A stretch of DNA of 51,856 nucleotides from Methanomicrobiales archaeon (GTDB lineage Archaea; Halobacteriota; Methanomicrobia; Methanomicrobiales; Methanospirillaceae). The stretch spans positions 1 through 51,856 of the forward strand of contig JBAXJR010000017.1 in the NCBI GenBank assembly GCA_037137755.1, written 5' to 3'. Under the pieces are notes generated by a model. It searched no databases. It worked only from the letters and a program-made list of their open reading frames with translations, and was not told the origin of the DNA. The position numbers were made by a program, and so were the translations under genes. The number at the start of each line of letters is the position of its first letter. The first letter of the stretch is position 1. Shown piece after piece: positions 9,619 through 19,028 of this stretch.

Positions 9619-9925
9619 GTTACTTCACCATGTGTCGGGAATAAATATCTGTTTTCGGGAGGAATGCGGGATCATGGTATGCAATACATGCTGGGGGATT
9701 GCCGAACTGGAACGATCTCATATCTGTGTGCAATACACTACGAAAAAAAAACGTATAAATAGCAGTACCTCGATTGTATGTTTAGGTAAACTCATGTCTG
9801 TGACTTGTGGAGTGCGAAGCGGATCATTCCTGAGTGTCGACTTTTTCTTCTTCTTTAGGTAGGGGACCGGCGGCTCTGCCGGATCCCCTGTAATGTTTCT
9901 CCAAAGTTTACCGCGAGGTGTAATT

Positions 9926-10039
9926 ATGCTTGGAATCAATGACCCCTGGATATTGCTCGCTTATGGCCTCTCAATCGGCCTGGCGCTGGCGTGTATAGTG
10001 TACGGCCTCCGGAACTGGAATAAAGGAGGGGACACCTGA
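9926..10039 (+). CDS. Symporter small accessory membrane protein (37 aa)
   Basis: Below the ORF-track cutoff. MLGINDPWILLAYGLSIGLALACIVYGLRNWNKGGDT, preceded by a GAGGTG RBS; ends 1 nt before the SSS gene. Confidence 0.85.
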   Translation: MLGINDPWILLAYGLSIGLALACIVYGLRNWNKGGDT

Positions 10040-10040
10040 T

Positions 10041-11621
10041 ATGGCAGTAAACAGCCTTGCCCTCATCTCCGTGACTGCCATCTATGTTGCACTTATGTTA
10101 TACCTTGGCTGGCTAGGTTATAAAAAGACGAAAACCTCCGAGGATTACCTGGTCGCCGGGAGAGAGGCACACCCGGTAATTATCGCCCTGTCCTACGGGG
10201 CAACATTCATCAGTACATCAGCTATTGTCGGGTTCGGTGGCCAGGCTGCAAATCTCGGTATGGGACTGATCTGGCTTACCGTGCTGAACATCGGCCTGGG
10301 GATCCTGCTGGCTTTCGTTATATTCGGTAAAAAGACGAGGGAGATCGGGCAGCGGCTGAAAGCTGTCACCTTCCCAGATCTGATGGGAAAGATTTACCAG
10401 TCACAATTTATGCAGGTTTTTACCGGAGTTGTCATCATTGTCGGTATGCCCCTGTACACTGCTGCAGTCCTTATAGGAGGAGCCCAGTTCATCCGCGAAA
10501 CCATCGATATTTCGTATAGTACGTCACTTATAGGGTTTGCCCTTATCGTTGCAGTTTACGTGATATTCGGCGGACTGATCGCTGTTATGTACACGGACGC
10601 CGTCCAGGGAGCAATCATGCTGGTCGGTATGACGATCCTCCTGGTGGCGACGTACCTGCTGCTCGGGGGGGTTAACGCTGCGAACAGCAGTCTAACTGCA
10701 ATGGCACCGCTTGTCCCGGAAAACCTTGCAAAAGGCGGAATGACCGGCTGGACAACGATGCCGGTGTTCGGGTCTTCCATTTGGCTGACGGTAATCACGA
10801 CTCTGGTCCTTGGGGTAGGGATAGGTGTGCTGGCGCAGCCCCAGCTGGTAGTGAGATTCATGACCGCCAAGGATAACAAGTCCTTGAACCGGGCAGTCCT
10901 CATTGGCGGCCCCTTCATCCTGATGATGACCGGGGTGGCGTTTACGGTCGGTGCACTGACGAATGTCTATTTCTACCAGACTCTTGGTAAAATAGCCGTA
11001 CAGGTGGCACCCGGTGGTAACGTGGACACGATCATTCCCATCTTCATCAACCAGGCACTGCCGGACTGGTTCGTGGTGCTGTTCATGGTCACACTGCTTG
11101 CTGCGGCGATGTCCACGTTGAGCTCCCTCTTCCACACGATGGGTACCGCATTAATTTGCGATATCTGGGGCAGGGGACGTAAATGTGCGTTATCAATGAG
11201 GGCCAACCAGGTCGGTATCCTGATAATGATTATCGCGAGTGTAATTATTGCCTTCCTGATGCCAGGCAGTATCATTGCCCTTGCAACCGCGATGTTTATG
11301 GGATTGACTGCGTCCGCCTTTCTACCGGTATTTGCGGTGGCAGTGTACGCCAAAAAACCTAATGAAACCGCTGCAAAAGCCAGTTTAATAGTCGGTACAG
11401 TTGTCTGGTTTATCTATGCACTGTTTATGAATGCCCGATACGCATCGGTATTCGGACTCTGCAAGGCTCTTACCGGCCAGGTAAGCCTCGCAGGACTCCC
11501 CTGGGCTGCGGTCGACCCGCTCGTCATTGCACTTCCGCTCTCCGCAGTGGTTATCGTGGTGTTACAAATCTATGCAGACCGCAGAAACGGACAGACTGCC
11601 CAACCCACTCCGGCCACGTAA
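10041..11621 (+). CDS. Sodium:solute symporter (SSS family)
   Basis: DYLVAGR, GGLIAVMYTDAVQG, AQPQLVVRF and AAAMSTLSS motifs; about 13 TM segments. Confidence 0.93.
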   Translation: MAVNSLALISVTAIYVALMLYLGWLGYKKTKTSEDYLVAGREAHPVIIALSYGATFISTSAIVGFGGQAANLGMGLIWLTVLNIGLGILLAFVIFGKKTREIGQRLKAVTFPDLMGKIYQSQFMQVFTGVVIIVGMPLYTAAVLIGGAQFIRETIDISYSTSLIGFALIVAVYVIFGGLIAVMYTDAVQGAIMLVGMTILLVATYLLLGGVNAANSSLTAMAPLVPENLAKGGMTGWTTMPVFGSSIWLTVITTLVLGVGIGVLAQPQLVVRFMTAKDNKSLNRAVLIGGPFILMMTGVAFTVGALTNVYFYQTLGKIAVQVAPGGNVDTIIPIFINQALPDWFVVLFMVTLLAAAMSTLSSLFHTMGTALICDIWGRGRKCALSMRANQVGILIMIIASVIIAFLMPGSIIALATAMFMGLTASAFLPVFAVAVYAKKPNETAAKASLIVGTVVWFIYALFMNARYASVFGLCKALTGQVSLAGLPWAAVDPLVIALPLSAVVIVVLQIYADRRNGQTAQPTPAT

Positions 11622-12199
11622 TAAAATACAGGGAAATTAACCCCATTTGTTTATTTTTAAGCGGAAAATGGGTTTTAAAAAGGGGCCCCAATACCGGGCA
11701 TTCATGTATCCTCCGGGTTCAACATGCCAACCTGAACGGATACCTCTCTAACCCGGCCTATTTTAGTATTTTATTACCTATTCCGGTTTAGTATATGAGT
11801 GTGAAGTCCCGGGACCAACCCGGGGTATTCCCCACAAGAAGACCCAAAGGAGTTATGAAATGATCAGGATAGTATTGGTCGCAATCGGTATCGCATTCTG
11901 TATTATGTCGTCATTGACACCACCAGTATAGATTGCACCTGTCGCACCGGTATTGTCATCACGAAGGAACAATTCAGCACCATTAACATTCCCTCTCCGG
12001 GAAAATGGGTCTCATTTAGCAGATCTGAATCGCAAACTACCAGAATCTGCACCGGTCCGGGTATAAGGAAAGTCCGGACCACCTTTCCGGGGCTTCCAGT
12101 CCATTCAGCATCATACGTTCAACCAATCCATGCATTCCGGCTTAACACCGGCAAATCTAACCTATTTTTTGTTTTCAAAAATAAAATATGCGATATTCT

Positions 12200-13295
12200 C
12201 TACCAGTCAATCCTTTTGCCTTCCCGGTACCTCAACGAAACGCTGATCACCACGATAAGGATGACAGAGATCATTGCCGCGACTTCGATAAATAACGAAA
12301 ATATCGAACTACCCGGTGCCTGTGACGCGACCCTGGCCATATCGGCATTTGCGGGGGTTGCCTTGGTCGCCACCTGTGTGACCTGGGCCGGACCGTTGTT
12401 TAGTACCGCTTGCCCGGGTTCTTCACTCACAGTCCCTTTGTCCTGATCAGAAACTGCGGACGCAGGTGATGCTTCGGTGACGTCAGAAACAACGAGGTTG
12501 CTCCCCCCTCCAGCTCCTCCGCCAGCGCAAGCTGCACTTGCGCTGGTTACACTATTGTGGTTGACGGCACCGGTGTTTACCGAATTCCCGCCAATAGTAT
12601 TCCCGCCATTATTCACCGGGGGGTTGTGTCCGGTATACGCTCCTTGAAACTCAGGTATAGTAACTGCAATGGACTTCCGGCAGTATACACCGTCATCAGG
12701 GCAAAATTAGATAACCCGTGTGGTGAATAGGCCTGGAATACGTCAACATCCTTAACCGGGTCATAATAGAGGAACTTAGTATCAAGTACCTCTGTTGAGC
12801 CCATATCATTTACACGGATTATGGTCATTGGCTCCTGGACATAATGCCACCGGGTAGCATTCAGGGTATAATCGATATAAGCTGAGCTTACCGCAAATGT
12901 AACGGAGGTCGGAAGGGGCGATGCCGTATTATTGTCTACCAGTCGTACGGGAAGATCGGATGGATCGTCGTAAAAGGGAACACCTACTAACCCAATCTGC
13001 GAGACATTTATTCCCCCCGGGTCTGTCACGAGGAATTGGTAATCATTTGTCAGCGGTGCAATTCCAGTGATCATCATAAAGGGGTTGCCCGTTTTCATCA
13101 ACTTTATACAATGTAAAGCGGTGTTCCGGGATAGTGAACTGGCTGTACTTGACAATCCATTCTTGGCTGATACTCATGGTAATCGTTGCCGGACCAGTAT
13201 CAGTCAGGTTATTTTTAGTACAGTGAAGCGTATAGGCAATATTGTTTGGGCCATCTGCCCAATCAGCCGCCTCCGTTGCATACATATATGATATT
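12200..13295 (-). pseudogene. 5'-truncated, frameshifted paralog of the C-terminal third of the 13299-16580 surface protein
   Basis: Three ORF pieces align with the upstream protein: IAYTLHC/IAYSVQC, IIRVNDMGSTEVLDTKFLYYD/IIRVDDLGTIEVLKTQFLYYD, and a similar TM tail. Frameshifts lie near 13045-13085 and at the G6 run 12618-12623. Confidence 0.85.
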
Positions 13296-13298
13296 GAA

Positions 13299-16200
13299 TC
13301 AATCACGTCTACGGTTTCGAGTGTAGACACTGAATACTACCAGAACGGAGATAGAAACTATCGCTGCGGCTTCAATAACGATTGTAAATATGGAGTTCGT
13401 GGGTTGCGGGGGGAGCACGGGGGGGTTCGCTGCAGGAGCATTCGATACCCGTGGAACAGGATTGGCAGAAGGCTGGCCCGCTGCTACGGATTCCGTGGAT
13501 AAAGAATTGGGTTCCATATTGTTACTGGATGAGGTACCGGAGGTCCCTTCCTGTATTGTTCCCGATTGGCTTCCTTTTGTGGAAGCTGGTTCTGATGCAA
13601 CCTGAGTTACCTGGTTGCCACTTCCGCCATAGCTCCCGCCACCGCCGCCTCCTCCACCGCCTGAATTTGGATTACTCGCCGGGGCAGGCGGAGTCACCCT
13701 GATTGAGAGACTGAGGTAAAGCATCTGGAGGGGGTTGGTATAGTGGCCAACGGTAGTAAGAGTAAATTGTGAAAGCCCATTGGGGGAGAGACCTGAAAAT
13801 ACATCCAAATCCCTGGTCTCGTCATAATAGAGGAATTGGGTTTTTAATACCTCAATAGTGCCCAGGTCATCAACCCTGATAATTTCAACAGGGTCATATA
13901 CACTTGCCATACCACCCAGATTATTGTTAGAAACCCAATCTGAATCTATCCCTAACGCAATTGTTGTTGGATTAGCATAGATGGGGCCGGAGGGGGATAT
14001 CAGATTTATTCTGCCATCGGATACAGTATGGTTCCCAACAACAGGGATATACAGACGGTCGAGATCAATTCCATCAGCGGAAGTCACCGTGTAATAATCC
14101 CTGTTATCCGTGGCATTTTTAAAAGAAAATATCGTAGTAAGCGATTTGAACGAACCATCCGGATTCATCTGCTCAACTTTAAACCGATCTTGGACATCAA
14201 CGTAATTACTATTCTTTACGACCCATTTATGACGTACGCCCATTACAATGGTGGCAGGACCGCTTACTGACATGTTGTTCTCAATGCATTGGACCGAATA
14301 TGCAATTCCTGATACATAATCGCCATAATCTGCATACTGGACTGAAATATTGAAAGATTCGTGTTGTTCTGGAGTTATTTCATTGGAGATGACCGTTTTT
14401 ATTGAACCATCTGGAAAATACTGTGGAGTCACAAAGCTGTAGTTCACCATTGAATTGGGACCAATCATATCAGAGAATTCCGGGGAGGAAATATCTTCAC
14501 TGGTTGTGATTATTTTTGACACTTCCCCCGAAATAATTGAATTCAACAAAGAAAAGGTAGTATTTTCTTTTGATATCAGTGTAAATGACGGCAATGCACC
14601 CTTTGTTTTTGGAATAACCAATAATTGTGAATTATTCCCCCCTATACTATACGAATAGGCAGTTTCATTTTTTGTATAAATTTCGATTAATCCGGCATCA
14701 GGGGAGTACTCAAGAACACCGGGGATTGAATACGATGAGACATTTACCGTAGAACTGATAAGATGAACCTGACTAATTGCCGTATTATTACCAAACTGGT
14801 TCCCTGTTGTTAACGAGATCCTGTAATTTCCCGGATTGGGATAAAAATGGGTAGGATTTTGTTCATTGGACGAAGAATTATCACCAAAATCCCAGTTCCA
14901 TGTATCCGGATAACCCAAGGACAAATCAGTGAATGTGGAAGTTAACGGGGCCGGACCTGAAGAGGGACTTATTGAAAATTTTGTCACGGGAACAGCTCCC
15001 GCAGTGATTAAATTTTCCTTAACCGAATAATCGCGTGAATATGGAGTACTTACTATCAGCGAAGGACTGAAATGACCGGCTTCCAGGTACGTATACACAG
15101 GATTCACTTCATAGGATCCATTTCCATCGCCAAAGTCCCAAAGGCGTGTAGATGGATTCCCTGAGGATTTGTCGTTAAACTGGACGCTGAATGGTACCAT
15201 TCCCTGGGTCGCGTTTACAGAGAAACCTGATACAACCGATACCTGTGTCGGACCGATGGTGAACAGAACGATGTCGTAATCAAGATCATTCCGGTTTTCC
15301 CAGACAATCCTGTCCCCGTATATTTTTGTGTTTACCCGGTGCACTGGGGGATCAGTGCAGGTGATAGAGGATGATAGGTTCGTGGTCAGGTCATAAATGA
15401 AAATGTTTTCAATCCCGTAGGATTGGTCACGGTTGTCATCCCAGGTTATAATATTTCCAAAAATACAAGGGTGTCCCTGATCAGAATCTCCGGTACCCGG
15501 GGTTATTAGCGTTTCCTGCCGTGTAGAGGAGTTATACATGTAGATGTCAGACTGGCCACCCCGCCAGTCCTGCCATACAACACGGTCGCCATATATCGAA
15601 GGGGGTGTCCTGGTAACGCCTTTACACGTGCTCTCGAGGATAGTCCTGTTGCCGGTGAAAATATTGCAGACCTCAAGTACTGAATCATCGTCTGTCCCAA
15701 CATACCAGGCAGCCCATTCGCCATATATTGCAGGGTACAGGTGGTCCGGACCTGACGTGTCGTTCGTTAAGAACCTGGTTTGGTTCGTAGTGTGGTTATA
15801 CAAAACGATATTCCTGACCCCCCGGGAGTCATCCACATAAACAATCCGGTCTCCAAAAATCGCGGGGTCTAACCGGTTAAAACCGTCAGACGGGGTAATT
15901 TGGGATTCAATGCCGGTTGAAATGTCGAAAATATTTACTCCGTAGGTACCGTAATAGCTATCCTGAACCCCGTACCCTATAAGATTACCATAGATTACAG
16001 GCCCATTCGGACTGGTGTTGCAGATTATTTTTTCCTGGCAGGTATTGAAATTATACATATAAACTGCCTGCTCGCCGTTACGGCCATCTAACCAGACCAG
16101 GTTATCCCCATAGATCGACGGGTATCTTTGATTTGAACCCCCAGTCCCGACAGTAATTGTTGTGAGGGTGCCTTGGTAACCCTTGAGGTTATCAGCCTTT

Positions 16201-16580
16201 TTTCTATCCACGGGGAGTTTGGCACCCGGTGTAATATCGGGGACCGTTACTTTCGCATCGGTATTTCCGGTTATATTCTGTGTAATATTCGGTATCGCCT
16301 GATATGTTGGCAGAGAGACGGGTTTTACAGGACCGGCACCGGAAAGGTTGGCAGCAACATCCGTGAAGACCGTATTATTACGACTAACATTCAGGTTGGT
16401 ATCAGGGGCTGATACATTGCTGTACACTGATAAATTATCCGCATTGACAAATTCTGATGAATTATTACCGTTTCCGGAGGCATTATTCCCATTACCAATT
16501 GTAATTGTGGTACCAACAACGGGAAAACATAATGCACATATAATTAAAACCCAGGTACACAGTTTCCATACATAATCCAT
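13299..16580 (-). CDS. Cell-surface glycoprotein: signal peptide, methanogen beta-propeller repeats, 2 PKD domains, PGF-pre-PGF-like region, G/S/P linker, C-terminal TM anchor
   Basis: P[SA]I[YF]GD..VW.D repeats, WDFGD twice, many N-x-S/T sequons, and a hydrophobic tail followed by RNRRRD. Confidence 0.88.
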   Translation of the reverse strand: MDYVWKLCTWVLIICALCFPVVGTTITIGNGNNASGNGNNSSEFVNADNLSVYSNVSAPDTNLNVSRNNTVFTDVAANLSGAGPVKPVSLPTYQAIPNITQNITGNTDAKVTVPDITPGAKLPVDRKKADNLKGYQGTLTTITVGTGGSNQRYPSIYGDNLVWLDGRNGEQAVYMYNFNTCQEKIICNTSPNGPVIYGNLIGYGVQDSYYGTYGVNIFDISTGIESQITPSDGFNRLDPAIFGDRIVYVDDSRGVRNIVLYNHTTNQTRFLTNDTSGPDHLYPAIYGEWAAWYVGTDDDSVLEVCNIFTGNRTILESTCKGVTRTPPSIYGDRVVWQDWRGGQSDIYMYNSSTRQETLITPGTGDSDQGHPCIFGNIITWDDNRDQSYGIENIFIYDLTTNLSSSITCTDPPVHRVNTKIYGDRIVWENRNDLDYDIVLFTIGPTQVSVVSGFSVNATQGMVPFSVQFNDKSSGNPSTRLWDFGDGNGSYEVNPVYTYLEAGHFSPSLIVSTPYSRDYSVKENLITAGAVPVTKFSISPSSGPAPLTSTFTDLSLGYPDTWNWDFGDNSSSNEQNPTHFYPNPGNYRISLTTGNQFGNNTAISQVHLISSTVNVSSYSIPGVLEYSPDAGLIEIYTKNETAYSYSIGGNNSQLLVIPKTKGALPSFTLISKENTTFSLLNSIISGEVSKIITTSEDISSPEFSDMIGPNSMVNYSFVTPQYFPDGSIKTVISNEITPEQHESFNISVQYADYGDYVSGIAYSVQCIENNMSVSGPATIVMGVRHKWVVKNSNYVDVQDRFKVEQMNPDGSFKSLTTIFSFKNATDNRDYYTVTSADGIDLDRLYIPVVGNHTVSDGRINLISPSGPIYANPTTIALGIDSDWVSNNNLGGMASVYDPVEIIRVDDLGTIEVLKTQFLYYDETRDLDVFSGLSPNGLSQFTLTTVGHYTNPLQMLYLSLSIRVTPPAPASNPNSGGGGGGGGGSYGGSGNQVTQVASEPASTKGSQSGTIQEGTSGTSSSNNMEPNSLSTESVAAGQPSANPVPRVSNAPAANPPVLPPQPTNSIFTIVIEAAAIVSISVLVVFSVYTRNRRRD

Positions 16581-16711
16581 CCTAATCCCCCCAATGCAGA
16601 TAATTAGTGATGATTATGAGAAGAATCCGAATCGAATGTATTAAAGGATATCTCTACTCCAGAAAATTAATTTTATTCCCCGCAATTTCAGAAAAAAAGG
16701 AAATAAAAAAT

Positions 16712-17545
16712 TTAGATGGTGACTTTAGAGTATTTTTGGAAATAAGTCCCAAAATCCTCCTTTTTAATTCCAAAAACTCCATTCGTGAGATTAATTTTTG
16801 TCCACACCGGGGCTGTTGCATTCCCAGCGGCATTATGTGAAATATAGTTAACCCACCAGGGATCTGCCAGCAGGGTTCCACCCGGTGCCGCACCGACCGC
16901 ATTGCCTTTTGGATTTCTCAGAATTAGGTAGGTAGTTCCAGCAGCATTTGTATACGTTCCCAGTACCGAATACGTATGATTTGCTGTTGAGACAAGAATG
17001 GGATATAGTACCTGGCGGGACTTCCCTGCAAGCGGTGCAGTTTTTGCAGGGGGGTAATTGGATTCTCCTGACAACAGGTTATTACTGCTTAAGAACTGGT
17101 AAAAATCCCCACCCCATGCAGCAAAAGCCGACCATTGGGGTTGTGTGATCCGGTTCAATGCAGTAATACTTGCCGCACCATCCAGGGTACTAGTATACTG
17201 AGCCTGTGTTGGATCTCCATGAATATTGAGAGCACAGGATACATAGGCTTTTTCGTAATATGCAGGCCACAATTCAAATGCTTCAGGTGAATGGCAGAAC
17301 TGTGCTGATGGTGCCCAGATAGTTGGCGAGAATCCCCATGGCTGTTGAGCCCGTTCCTGCCAGTTATAGAATCTGACCTGGTTAATACTGATATTATCCT
17401 TGATATATGTGGGATTCACCCATGCCAACGCAGATAACCCCGCAATTAAAGAGCAATTCTGGCATAACGTTCCCTGGACAGGGTCATCAAATTCCGGATT
17501 AGCACTGTCCGAATACAATCCACCTACAGCTCCTACCCATACCAT
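16712..17545 (-). CDS. Calpain-like cysteine protease (peptidase C2 catalytic domain only)
   Basis: DPVQGTLCQNCSLIAGLSALA (Gln and catalytic Cys), ELWPAYYEKAY, NHTYSVLG (His), ILRNPKG (Asn). Confidence 0.82.
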   Translation of the reverse strand: MVWVGAVGGLYSDSANPEFDDPVQGTLCQNCSLIAGLSALAWVNPTYIKDNISINQVRFYNWQERAQQPWGFSPTIWAPSAQFCHSPEAFELWPAYYEKAYVSCALNIHGDPTQAQYTSTLDGAASITALNRITQPQWSAFAAWGGDFYQFLSSNNLLSGESNYPPAKTAPLAGKSRQVLYPILVSTANHTYSVLGTYTNAAGTTYLILRNPKGNAVGAAPGGTLLADPWWVNYISHNAAGNATAPVWTKINLTNGVFGIKKEDFGTYFQKYSKVTI

Positions 17546-18290
17546 CAGGAATCACCCCTGATTTTTACGCTTAACCCTTCTTCCTTAATCATAATACATT
17601 CAACCTCTCTTGTAAGTTCCAATTTTCCCGTAATGAGAAACCCTCATAGACCACGTCCATAAGAGCATGTGAATAATTAACAACTATACCGTTCTGTCCA
17701 GCCTAATTCCCGGCCTGGAACACCAACAAAAACAACCCTTTCCCTAATAAACCCCTCTATCACCACCTTATAGGGGATATACCGGTATTATACGGAGATT
17801 TTATACCGGCCACACAATAACGCTAATTCTCCGTCCCGGAAATACACCTGATGTCCCAGACCCCCCGGAAATGGGACATTAACCGGGTAATAATCACAGT
17901 GTAATTCTGCAATTGAGTGGTTAAACTGCACTGATATAAATATTTCCAAATCTGCCATCTATAGTAAAAAAGGACAAAAAATAAGTTAAAAATGGCCATT
18001 TGAGACTAATTTCTCTTATCACCGGGCATTCTCACCAGAAAGGCCTTCTGTGCAGGGAAGGGATTTCCATTTTTTCCCTTGCTACACTCTGCGAAACTTC
18101 AAATACCTTGGCCGTTATTTCAATTCCCCTGTGCGCGGGAGGCAGTGCATCACAATCGCTTCCGGTGACCAACTGCAAACCAACCGGGTGCCATTGCGTG
18201 CCCCTGGAGTGTCTCCGGAAGAATTTCCCTGGTTGGCTTATGAACCCTAACGAGGGTGCCCGCAAAATAAAAAGAAAAAATTCGCCCTTT

Positions 18291-19028
18291 TCATACCGTT
18301 GCCCTGTAGATAAGCACGGTCACATTATCCCTGGATGTCAGGAGTGCGGCATTGACAAATCCCGAGACAAGGTCATAAAGTGGTGCCTTCTTATCCGCCT
18401 CCGTAATGATGTCTTCACTCACATAGTCATGGAAGCCATCGCTTGACAGGAGAAGCAGATCGCCGGGCTGCAGTGTGCGGAGAGAGATATCAACAAGGAA
18501 ACTGCTCCCGAGGCTGCTGGTAATCATCGCCCGGAGAGGGTGGTGCCGTGCATCTTCCTCGGAGATCTGGTGGGAATCCACAAGCGACTGAACAACGGAG
18601 TGGTCTTTTGTCTTGAAAATTACTCTCCTCCTGATGTGATACGCCCGGGAATCCCCGGTATTGGCAATCACCACTGAGTTGTTCCGGACAAAGGCGGCGA
18701 CCATCGTGGTCCCCATCCCTTCCTTCTCGTCTTTGGCCTCGGATTCTATTGCTTCATGGGCAGATTTGAAAGAGTCTGATAATAATGCCCCGATTTCATC
18801 AGGGTCCATGGTTTCATGATAGCGTCTCGAAAATTCCTCTGACAACCGGGCTATCGCAATTGCCGATGCCACTTCTCCGGCCCTGTGGCCCCCGATCCCA
18901 TCGGCGATGGCAATGAGATAGCCATCCCCTGCTTTCTCGGCAAGAAGAGCGTCTTCATTGTTATTTCGCTTTCCTGTACAGGATACTCCGACGATATTCC
19001 CGTTTAGGCTGATAGTCCCATCCATCAT
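18291..19028 (-). CDS. PP2C/PPM-family Ser/Thr phosphatase
   Basis: RNNNEDA, ADGIGG, GMGTT, NTGDSRAY, SSDGF and RDNVT motifs. The ATG at 19028 overlaps the kinase stop codon (ATGA). Confidence 0.92.
   Translation of the reverse strand: MMDGTISLNGNIVGVSCTGKRNNNEDALLAEKAGDGYLIAIADGIGGHRAGEVASAIAIARLSEEFSRRYHETMDPDEIGALLSDSFKSAHEAIESEAKDEKEGMGTTMVAAFVRNNSVVIANTGDSRAYHIRRRVIFKTKDHSVVQSLVDSHQISEEDARHHPLRAMITSSLGSSFLVDISLRTLQPGDLLLLSSDGFHDYVSEDIITEADKKAPLYDLVSGFVNAALLTSRDNVTVLIYRATV

Noticed and set aside
12065-12146. RNase P RNA-like words AAGGAAAGTCCGGAC and CCGGCTTA
   Set aside because: They are only about 60 nt apart with no intervening conserved regions, far too short for an RNase P RNA; treated as coincidence.
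18000-18290. Short ORFs between calpain and PP2C
   Set aside because: No recognisable motifs or RBS, and they overlap each other on both strands; left unannotated.
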